DNA of 52,003 nt, filler included, from Dimargaris cristalligena (lineage: Eukaryota), in the NCBI GenBank assembly GCA_003614675.1. It is 2 parts of 2 records of this genome, joined end to end, with 100 filler letters (N's around TTAATTAATTAA, not from the genome) between each part and the next. Parts side by side here need not be neighbours in the genome. Positions count along the whole stretch, not along the records: positions 1 to 25,953 come from ML002550.1; 1 more part is not named here. One strand, 5' to 3'. A program made the translations under genes and the position numbers. The notes beneath the pieces were generated by a model, which saw only the letters and a list, made by a program, of their open reading frames with translations, ran no database searches and was not told the origin of the DNA. Shown piece by piece: positions 1 to 10,198 of this stretch; within the stretch, counting starts at the first letter, position 1; every line of letters begins with the position of its first letter.

Positions 1-553
1 CCTTTTGCACTTTGCAGCAACTCACATTGGAGTGCCAATATAGACCGTCTAATTGATTTTGAATACTGCCAGCGTTTATTCCTCGGAATAGTATATCAGT
101 TGTCTATGATCCTAATTATCTGGTAAACTATATTAGGGAATGTGCACATTGATGGTGGTGGCTAGTTTCCTCTACAGCTATTCTAGAAGTCTCAAAAGTG
201 AAGTAATCCTGGGCCAAAACTATGATCGCCTGCGCATTTGGGCAAGGAATATTCCCTTGCAAGGAGGCATCCACAGTATCTCCTCAATTGTTACACCAGT
301 TTCCCAACCATTACCAACTAATTGCCGCAGCTTCGAGGTGCATGGATTGCCACTGAACAATGCCCATGGTCATCGCAATTGTAATTATTAATTTGTAAAC
401 TAGGCCCACTCCTTATTGTGCGATGTAATCAGCTGGTATATTTAACTAAGCTTCTCCCCTCTTATATTTAGCCTTTTCAACCACACTCTCAGTTAACAGC
501 TACTTGATTCGACATTTCCTTACTAACTCTCGGTGGTCCCTTTATTTTGGCTT

Positions 554-3121
554 ATGCTTTGGCGTGTCCTTCTTCGCTCCCGACATTTCCCCACGTATCG
601 CGCATTACCATTTCCAAAGCTTCACCCAGGCTCTCAACCCATTTACCTACCCCGCGCGACTACCCGCCTTATCCATTGGCACAGTAGCCCACGTACCATG
701 CTGACCGAGCGTCACCCCGAAGTCCAGGCCCTGTGGAGCCAGACCCCATCAGTTCCGCTGGAGGCGGACCGAAAGGCCGCTGACCAGATTGTTAAGGAGC
801 TTACGGCCATTGTGTCCGAAGGCCGCGCCAAAAAGCTTAACCGGGGGATCCGTCGCACCGAGTACTCAGTTCCGGAAACGTCCGTTCCCATCTCTAGTTG
901 GCACTTCACCGAGTACATGTACAAGCGGGACCCCTGTCCCTTCCCTACTCTGGCCCGGGGGCTGTTCACCCGCCCTTCGCCCGACCCCGCCTTCACCTAC
1001 GACATTGTGGCCCGCGGCTACGATAAGTTCTTCAATACCGGCGAAGTGCCCAAAACGAAAGACGATTGGCTAGCTGCCGAAACCGAAGGCCCTTATGAAC
1101 TCACGGTCAAGGAAAATGGGTGCTTAATTCTAGTGGCGGCCCTGGATGCCTCCACCCTGCTGGTAACTAGTAAACATGCCGTGGGTCCCGGCAAAGATGC
1201 CCAGTACTCCCATTCGCAAGTGGGCCGCCGGTGGGTCACCCGTCATTTACAGGAAATAGGCCGAACCGAGGCCGAATTGGCCGAGTTTTTATGGGGCCAC
1301 CGTAGCACTGCCGTCTTTGAACTTTGTGACGACGAATTTGAGGAGCATATTTTGGAATACACCGACCGGCGGCGTGGTTTATACCTGCACGGTATTAACC
1401 GCAATACCCGTGACCTCCACACCTGGCCCTCGGAATTGGTGACTCGGGTGGCCGATGTGTTCGGGTTTCACCGTACCGGCTACTTCACCGAATCCACGCA
1501 TACCGATGTGAAGGCATTCGCCGACGAGATTCGCCAGGCCCAGGCTTTGGACGGTCGTGCGGTGGAAGGGTTCGTGGTTCGCTGCCGCGAGAAGGCCACA
1601 GGCCAGGATTTTATGTACAAAATTAAGTATGATGAGCCGTACCTGATGTATCGGGAATGGCGGGAAATCACCAAGCGAATCATTTCGAGAAAACCGTTCC
1701 GAACCCAGTATCCCCTAAGCCGGGCCTACGCCCAGTGGATCCGGGGGTATTTATCCCAAGACCCCACCCGGGGCCCCGGCTTTTTGCGCAACCAGGGAAT
1801 TATCGCCGCCCGCAATGCCTTCTTGACCCACCTCAAGTCTTCTGGCCATTCCCTGGACATCGACGTACACCCAGATGCACCACGCAAAACCGTCTTGATC
1901 CCCATTGCCACCATTGGCTGTGGCAAGACCACCCTGGCTACCGCATTGACCCATCTCTACCCGTCCTGCGGGCACGTCCAGAATGACAACATCACCGTGA
2001 AGCGAGGGGGGCCCGAGGCCTTTCACCAGGCCATTCTCAACGAATTAGTGCACCACGACGTGGTAATTGCCGACCGCAATAACCACCTTGCTCAGCACCG
2101 GGAGGCACTCACCCGCGAGGTCAGTTCAGTATACCCCAACTGCCGGTTTGTCGCGCTCTACTGGAACGTCGACCAGGTGGACGGAGAGAAGGTGTTCAAA
2201 GCCACCTCCCAGCGTATCCGCCAGCGCGGTGAAAACCACCAGTCCCTAACCCCCGGTCGTACGCAGAATTTCGAAACAGTAATGTGGTCGTTCCTCAAGG
2301 GCTTCCATCCCTTCGATAACGACTCGGGGGCCGATCATTTGATTACCCAGGCGGTGATTTTGGACCCTTTCGCCGAGACCCGGACCAACTTAGGGGTTAC
2401 AGTCGATTTCCTAATCGACAAAATGGACTTCCCAGCGGTAACGCCGAAGGAATTGGACCATGCCATGGAGGTGGCCTTTGGCTACCATCCTACGGTGCGG
2501 AAGGAGGTCAAGGGCAAACCAATGAAACAAGCAGCGTCCTATTTTGGAATTAAGATCGAGGAGGACCTGGGACCCCGGCTTGAGCAGGCACTGCGGGAGA
2601 AACGGTCGCAATCGCCAACGGCAGTCGACACCTGCCTGGAAAAGCTCGCGGATTTAAAGAAGACCGAGCGCTTGCCAGGCCAGCACCATTTAACCCTGAT
2701 CCATTCCCTGGATATGAAGGGCTCGCCTGCCAATAGGGAGCTCTTCGAAGCATACGAGAAACTGTGGGCCCAACCCTCCCATTCCATCACCAGCATATCA
2801 GTTGACTATGTTGTCTGGAATGAAGACCTCATGGTTTGTCATGTCTCCCATCTGCAGGGCCCTAATGTGGATAGCTATGTCGTCCCGGGACACCGTGGTC
2901 TACATGTTACGGTGGGAACGGCCTCGAGCTCCGTGAAGCCTTTCTTGGCCAGTTCCGCCCTTGTTAAACTAAAACAGACCCACGGGTCCCTGGACCGGTA
3001 TTTAGAGCAACAAACCTCGGCTGCTCCCACGCAATCCGAGCCGGTGGGTGGCGGTGAGTTTAAAATTGTCCGACTGGACCCCCCTCTGAACCTTACCGGA
3101 TATCTCTTTAAGTATCTCTAA
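554..3121 (+). CDS. TRL1: Trifunctional fungal tRNA ligase Trl1 (adenylyltransferase/ligase + polynucleotide kinase + 2',3'-cyclic phosphodiesterase); intronless; alternative start at ATG 698
   Basis: Ligase motif I TVKENGCLI, motif IV VEGFVVR and motif V YKIKY. Kinase P-loop IATIGCGKTT and IADRNNH. Two HxT motifs of the 2H phosphodiesterase (HLTLIH, HVTVGT). First in-frame ATG is at 554; a stronger-context accATG is at 698. Confidence 0.95.
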   Translation: MLWRVLLRSRHFPTYRALPFPKLHPGSQPIYLPRATTRLIHWHSSPRTMLTERHPEVQALWSQTPSVPLEADRKAADQIVKELTAIVSEGRAKKLNRGIRRTEYSVPETSVPISSWHFTEYMYKRDPCPFPTLARGLFTRPSPDPAFTYDIVARGYDKFFNTGEVPKTKDDWLAAETEGPYELTVKENGCLILVAALDASTLLVTSKHAVGPGKDAQYSHSQVGRRWVTRHLQEIGRTEAELAEFLWGHRSTAVFELCDDEFEEHILEYTDRRRGLYLHGINRNTRDLHTWPSELVTRVADVFGFHRTGYFTESTHTDVKAFADEIRQAQALDGRAVEGFVVRCREKATGQDFMYKIKYDEPYLMYREWREITKRIISRKPFRTQYPLSRAYAQWIRGYLSQDPTRGPGFLRNQGIIAARNAFLTHLKSSGHSLDIDVHPDAPRKTVLIPIATIGCGKTTLATALTHLYPSCGHVQNDNITVKRGGPEAFHQAILNELVHHDVVIADRNNHLAQHREALTREVSSVYPNCRFVALYWNVDQVDGEKVFKATSQRIRQRGENHQSLTPGRTQNFETVMWSFLKGFHPFDNDSGADHLITQAVILDPFAETRTNLGVTVDFLIDKMDFPAVTPKELDHAMEVAFGYHPTVRKEVKGKPMKQAASYFGIKIEEDLGPRLEQALREKRSQSPTAVDTCLEKLADLKKTERLPGQHHLTLIHSLDMKGSPANRELFEAYEKLWAQPSHSITSISVDYVVWNEDLMVCHVSHLQGPNVDSYVVPGHRGLHVTVGTASSSVKPFLASSALVKLKQTHGSLDRYLEQQTSAAPTQSEPVGGGEFKIVRLDPPLNLTGYLFKYL

Positions 3122-4142
3122 ATCAGCTGCGAAGAAATCCTAAAATTAATAGAGGGAATTGGTTTACATTTACAATGGCGAATATATTAATATTTTCCCC
3201 GAATAAAATTCTACAAAGTTGTAGGATACTTTGGGTTGTTCTCTCCATGACTCCAATGGCTAATCGGATAGTTAAAGAAGTTAGGACTGATGTACTATTC
3301 TAGCCTGATACCAGGCATCCCACTAACTCGGGGCCTTGCATAATTGGTTCAAGAGAGCCACTTGCCTGTAAAATTAACTAAACCACGTTAACAATGGATG
3401 TTCGATGAGTCAAGGGGTGGGTCGAATATCTTTAATAGCAGTATTGTGTTGAAGTAAGGATACTTCAGGTGGTATACCAGGGTGGCTATTATAGTGTGTT
3501 GAAGTAGTAATAATTTATTAATGTACTGCCCTATATGTAGTGCTGTGAGAATGTTGGCTGACAGCCTTTACCATCCGGCTATCAATTTATCCACCGATTC
3601 TTATGTTGAACTGACGATTATAAAAACTACAATGCTTACAGCTGTTTTTTTTCTTATCAAATACTAACGACTACAGCTGATATGACGAATTTCATGAGAA
3701 ATATTCCATACCTTTTGGGACGTCAACTCCCGTTTTGTTATTTTGTATCCATGCTAACGACCATATGTTGTGATGATATTATGACGGTATTCAAACCTGT
3801 TAATGAGATTCTGTGTTATTTATAATGACGGATTTGCGACCTCTGTTCGGGGAGCCCTCTTCCTGCAACGGAAAACAATATTTTGTTCATAATTCCTATT
3901 TTCTTCACGATTACTACCATATAAAAACAATAAAAACAAATAATTTACTTATTTCTTCACTCAAAATACAAAAACACTTAACACTTTCTCTTTAATGTCG
4001 TGCCTCCCCATTCATTCCTCTGGACCTAGCATCCCACCTTCGTCCAGCCCGGGTACACCACCATCCATGTCCCAGTGCTCTACACTTGAGCAGGGCACGC
4101 TAACCTGTGTTTTGAATCCTAGCAGTGGATTAGATGATCCCG

Positions 4143-5203
4143 ATGCCAACACATATATACAACCATGTATTCAGTTAGCAGTCCTATTAGGAAGCCAGAC
4201 TATAGGAGTGTAGAAATAATTTGAGAAGGGATATTGCTATTCAGGGAGTGGACATGCTACTACTATATATAATGGACCATACTGTAGCCATGCAGCCTGA
4301 TAGGTTCTCATTTTGAAATATACTGACTTATTATAAGACTATCTAATCCACCTTAATCCACTGGGTATAGATACAAACTAAATTAAGCCTTATTGTATTA
4401 TATCAAGCTTTCCTAGGGCACACCCCTTAATATGGGATCAGCTTTATCATATAACCTTTCCCAACCAGACGTTACTACTTCATACTAATCACTCAAGTGC
4501 TGATCCAAGACTCTTCCAGTTCCCATGAGATTCTTCCCAATGCAAAGCCATCCAGTCAGATTCTTTACTTATCCACACCTTAGTCTTAGTAGTATTTCCC
4601 TTGGGACCTCCCTCTGGAGCCATCCCTGTATATATATAACCAGGCCCTCCTGGGACTGGTTCAAACCTTAGCTTATTCATATCCCCCAGTTTACCTCAAT
4701 AAACTCTATATATACTCACCCCCCTTGTACTAACTAGTAAGTATGCCTACTACATGTCCCTGACATTTACCTGCACTTGTCCTTTATTGATTAGTACTAC
4801 ACCCTTATCCTAATACTAGTAGCCCACTTAGCTAAGTCTAAACCCCACCTACCATTAGAAGCCTATCCCTGGGACTCTTGATGGACTAAGAGTGGTTAAC
4901 TTGGGTGACACTATGGTCAATATAGTTGATACAGTTGGTGGTCAAATGGCAATACAAGTAGATATAGTGACAGGCGGAACCATTCTTTAGACCCTGGTAT
5001 GGTGAGGCCATGGGGTTTATAGTGGGAGGAATATATATGACCTTGTCAAGTAGTTAAGTACATCCTACCCCCTGCTTCTCTAAGAAAAGTTTATTTTCCA
5101 CCAGTTAATTTTGCCTCTATATTATTTACTGGCCTTGGTTAGCTACTGTGGCCTCAACCAGATCATTAGTTAACCAAACAGTTAATTTGTATGGGTGTAT
5201 ATT
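4143..5203. other. CpG-depleted, TpA-rich tract; probable mutated relic of a repeat or gene
   Basis: I found only two CG dinucleotides by eye (~4470, ~4975) in about 1060 bp, while the flanking intergenic DNA has many. No recognisable protein. Confidence 0.45.
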
Positions 5204-8200
5204 CGAAGCTCTGCTGTCAAAAAGTCAGGTTCAGCAAACTTTATTTATTTGGATGAGGTTATAGGGATGTCGACTATGCGACACATGGGCAATGGAGTGT
5301 GGCCCATCAACGAAAGGCAGTGGTACATGAGTATAAAATGCCAACCAGTCAGAGTCCAATTGATTGTCAACGGATCTCGTTTTTAGAGTTTCCGTGCGGG
5401 ACCCATGCAGCTTGGAATCATTGCCTTACATCTCATCGTACTAGCATGACCAGCACCAAAGATAGCGCCGGATACACTATAGTAGCAGGCAGCAACAACC
5501 AGGAGGCAGGTCAAAGTATAGCAACGCATAGTTGGTGAAGTTTAGTAATGTGGGGGGATGAGAGTTCAGGTAATAATGGCGTGGGGTGGCAAATGGCGAC
5601 AGATGATTCTGTTGGTGTTAGAATGGGAAGGAAGTGGAGTAGTGTGATGTGAAGCGATTAATAGGCCACCCGGCCGACTATTTATGCAAAACTGAAGTGG
5701 TCAATTGCACTCCGTGCAAATGGATAAGTTGGCCATGTAGTGCTGAAAAATAAGATTTTCTGATTAGTTTTTTAGCAAGGCCTAGTCGATCAGTGCTAGA
5801 CATTGTTCTGTTACGACATACAAAGCCGGGGGAATGAAGTCAAGTTGGAGATACCAGGCTGCAAGAAATAAAATACCACTTAGTGATAAGACTTAAGACT
5901 GGGGGTTTGCCCGTTGGTATGCCGGAAATTGTCTATCATCTTGTGACCCCCTTCCTGCAACTCTAGAATATCCGTAGGCTATCATCCGAGTAACATCAGC
6001 CGTTAAGACATGCCTGTCAAATCTTTACATGAGGATTGGCCGTATTGAGCACAATAAGAAGTGCAATTATTTAGTGAGGCGTAGTGTACTTAATAAAGGG
6101 GACGATTCGCCTTATATTCTCTTTGGCGGCGTTTTATAAGACAATTGGGCTTCTCTTGAGATGCCAGAGGGTTTGAAAAACAGGTAAACCGTGACTCGGA
6201 GGAGGAGATGGGGGCTTAGTTTAAATTATACTGGCATTTCGACTTTGTCTGTTGCTCAAAGGATAGGCAGAGAGTGAGAAATGGAGGGGGTGGTAATCTT
6301 CATATCTATAAATAAGTTTGTATTAACGGGGGTCGAACCATTATGCACTGGCTGGTTGTGAAATAGAGCGGGAGGAGTAGCATAGTGTGTGCGTATGGTT
6401 CGCGGTTGACTACACAACAGTGTCTGCTATCAATTAAGCTGGAAAAGCGGCATTTGAAAAGATTACACTGACATTAATATAATAGATTAACAATGAACAA
6501 TGAATAGTTGGCTGGGTTGAAGAGAAAAGTCTTTGTGTTTCTCTCTATTAACTACGCGGTTAGCCCGCACCCTCCTTTCGATGGGTAATTGGTGATTCTC
6601 GATTTGGGCGGATGACCGCCTCCCCTTCCGATAGCCACCTCTCCTTCGACTTACATTATGAATTGAAGAAAATATATGATAGTATGCTGTTGAACTCAAT
6701 TGCGCAGGCAAATAAAAATTGGGTTATCTACATACCCCTATATAATTATGTGCACTTTACCAATCTGGCTCCAAGAATAAGACCCCATTACACTTTAATA
6801 CTGTATAGGTAAAGCAAATGTGTCAATAAATGACACACATTATATAATGGTAACAAGTGCAGAGTCATACATTCCACTATATTTTATTATTAATTAATAG
6901 TAGTTGTCAATCCCCGCTAATGGGGGATTCAACTAGTCCTTGTTTAGTTTGTTTTTCATTTGAAACATCACCAACACTAATGCTTTAAGGGAGAAGCCAT
7001 CCAGTATTACACATACGGATGGAATGTAACACTATAGGATTTTAAATGAATTGTAAATAACAAAATAACAGAACTAACATTTGTCAACTAATAAAATCTG
7101 CATCCCTAACGATCTTTATAGTTATATAGGGAAGAAGAACCGCTCTCATATTTTCTTACTCGGCATACATAATCTAACTAACTAAAATATCTAGCCAGGC
7201 AATTAGAAACCTGATAATGAACCAAAAAATTAAAGTGCTATATATAAAAAAGAACTTTTTTTTGAAGGATACACTGACGCTATATTAATGACTGAGCTCA
7301 TGTGGCCCATTTATTTTTACCATTTTCACCGAAAGCAGTTATACTTGACACTTTTAATTCACACCGACTCCTCTCTGTTTATCAATTATCTCATGTAGGA
7401 TCGATCGCTTCTATGGCCACCTCACCAGACCCTGTCACTTTTAGTCCGACAAATGCGCCTATTTAGGCTAGCCAGGAGCCGGTCCCACTGACGTCAGGCA
7501 ACTTCAAAAAAGAGTTCGTCGACCCCACCCACATCCGAAAATTTAGCGCCACCAAATTAGAGCCCATCAGTAGTAAATATATGTATTGTTCCGGGTCTTT
7601 TACCTTCAAAGCGAGCATTTGGCAACAATTACTCGGCATTTCTCATGCGAAAATAATACAAAGGTACTACCTCTTTCTAATTGCAATGTCACACGTGAGG
7701 TTGTAACAATTAGTTTGGCCTACACCGCGTCATTACCAAGAATATTAATACCCGATACCACCTGGTATGCGACGAAATCAAATCAAATAAAAAAGTGGAA
7801 AGTTAATTGCATAAGGTAACAGAAGAATATCCGTGGGTGAATATCCTAGCACGGATACCGGTTGAATGATGTAGGGCAATGAACGGAATTTCCCCTGTGG
7901 CTAGCTGAGGGGAAGGTTGGGAAAAAGGGGCGCCTTCCAACTGAGGTTCCATCATTACTCCTCACGGACTCTCCTGTCTCCCTTTGTTGACAGTATTCAT
8001 CCTAGGTCTAACCATAAACGACTAATCTAAGTGAAGAGTGCCCCCTGCTTTTTTAGTGGCGTGTTCTCTCTTAGAATTCGTCTGAGAATTCACTTGGCTC
8101 GCTTTATTCTATGCAAAATGAACATTCAAAAATACATCCCCTAAAAAAATGAACAATCCTATAGGGGGACCTCCGAGTCTGGTGCTGTGAAATAAATCAG

Positions 8201-8302
8201 TACAATGGGGGTGAATGATCAATCATTAATTCCCCGGTAGAAATTACTTCTGGAGAACTTGAAACTGATTGAACCCACGCCAAATATTGGCAGTTAGGAC
8301 TG

Positions 8303-8313
8303 TATATATAAAC
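8303..8313 (+). promoter_or_regulatory. TATA-like element upstream of the 3D-domain gene
   Basis: TATATATAAA about 130 nt before ATG 8439, followed by a C/T-rich leader. Confidence 0.5.
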
Positions 8314-8438
8314 CCCACCATCTGGTCTCTTCAATCAACCATCAGTACTTCATTCAATCTCCCACTGAACCACTGAACCCACTGCCTTCTCCCTATCCTT
8401 CAACCCCCAACAACCTTCCCGAGTCTATCCCTGCAACT

Positions 8439-9164
8439 ATGCTGATCCAACTCAATAGTTTCGTGTCCCTCCTGGCCGGTATGTCCCTTCTGCTGGCGAC
8501 GGGTATGCTGCCCTCTACTTCGACGGCCATGGTCGCCCCGGTGGATTCAATCACCGGTGTCAGTCAGCACCCCCTGCCCTCGACTTCCGTCCCTACGCCC
8601 GAGACCACTCCCATCGAGGCCGCTATGGATAACGCGGATTCCCTAACCGCCGCCGGCCGCAAAGTCAAACTGACCTACTACTGGATCATGTTCCAAAAGC
8701 AGTCCGACGTGGGCGATGTCGTGTTGGGCACCTGTGACGGCCGCCCCCTGGCCCATGTGACCAAGAGTTTCGCCGACCGTACCAAGATGGAGGGCTCGGC
8801 CCGTCTCCTTAACGGAAAATACATCAATTTGGGTAGCTGCTCCTGCAAAAACTACATGTGCTTCCAGGAAACCGATTCCCCCCTGGGTAGCAACGACAAC
8901 CCCCTGGTGCCGTATTCCAGCATTGCGGTCAATGATGTGAAGTACGGCCAAACCGTGTTTGTGCCCCAGTTTAAGGGAGTCGTGCTGCCTAATGGCAAGG
9001 TGCACAACGGCTGTGTGCGCGCTGACGACGAGAGCTGGAGCTTCGGTGGCGGTCAAATCGACTGGTATGTCGTTGACGAGGCCAACTACGAAACCCTCGA
9101 CAACAAGTTGAAGCTGAATAAAGTCGACATTGTTGTCCAGTCCTGCACCCTCGGCAAATATTAA
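8439..9164 (+). CDS. Secreted 3D (Asp-Asp-Asp, MltA-like double-psi beta-barrel) domain protein, 241 aa, intronless
   Basis: Hydrophobic N-terminal signal and S/T/P linker, then LTYYW...MEGSARL...GSNDNPLVPYSSIAVND...GQTVFVPQFKGVVLPNGKVHNGCVRADDES...GGGQIDWYV. This follows the bacterial 3D pattern IAVD...G..V(Y/F)IP...HDG...AxDTG.....IDxF. C/G-ending codon bias. Six Cys. Confidence 0.75.
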   Translation: MLIQLNSFVSLLAGMSLLLATGMLPSTSTAMVAPVDSITGVSQHPLPSTSVPTPETTPIEAAMDNADSLTAAGRKVKLTYYWIMFQKQSDVGDVVLGTCDGRPLAHVTKSFADRTKMEGSARLLNGKYINLGSCSCKNYMCFQETDSPLGSNDNPLVPYSSIAVNDVKYGQTVFVPQFKGVVLPNGKVHNGCVRADDESWSFGGGQIDWYVVDEANYETLDNKLKLNKVDIVVQSCTLGKY

Positions 9165-10198
9165 CTGATTGGGCCGCTGCCTATGCTGGCACCCCGGGCC
9201 TTTGGTTTCTTGATCGACCCCATGCTTTCCCAGGCAGTTTTTTATTATTATTAAAATGTTTACATTTATAGTAATCTGGAAATACCCCACTTTTAATCAT
9301 TTAGGGTACTATGCACTATCCCCTGTTCTGGGCTAGTGACTGCATCCTACTGTTTTATCCATTGATCTTCGTCCCTCCAGGTCGAATTTCCCTATTATTA
9401 TTGACTGTCATTAAAGCATCCGAATTGATCCTTCATTAGTTACGAGTTTAATATAAGCAGCTCTTGGATCAATATAGTCTAGTGGGTTTAAAAGCAGCAT
9501 GAACCCAGTAAAGGAATGATATTTATTTTATTGTAATCACGCGAAACCTGTTGGAAATTCATTTCCCCCGTCCCACTGATTCCATCTCTGTGATTGGCTC
9601 GTCCTATACTTGGGACTTTACTATAGCCGTTACTATATCATCCTATAACTGGAACTTCGTCCTAATCGTTATTACTGCTATTATTCAATTCAATAAAACC
9701 AACCGTGGGCATCTAGCTTTGCCCCTTGCGGTTCTTTCTCTCTTCTTTGAATTGTTTTAGTTGTATCTGAAGGCACTTGCGTTTACCATCAAACTTATAT
9801 TTCCAACAAAACCCACATTCGAAGTTCCAGATTCTACTGTTCGGGATCTACCAATAACACTATGCAGTATGATGGTATTGTTTACGTGTGTGATCATCAC
9901 GATATCCAAGCACTCGATTTGGTGGCATCAGTCACACTACCTCATACACTAACCCCAGGGTGTCGTAAAAGTGCCATGTCAGTATTTAAAATATTGACCA
10001 GTGCCAAATAGGGATAATTCGCTTCCAATTATATGTATACAATTGCATGCATCACCCGCCACACCCTAGCACTATCCTAGATTTTCACATATATATTTTT
10101 TGTTGTTGTTTTAATAAAAAGTAATGAGACAATACCCATGTATAACAATAATAAAAACATTTTAAATATATATAAAAAAACTCCTCTTTCTCGGAAAA

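Noticed and set aside
3995-4737. Pseudogene reading frame in the CpG-depleted tract
   Set aside because: Stop density in the best frame I read (about 9 in ~170 codons) is near random expectation and no protein family was recognisable. Only the compositional anomaly is reported.
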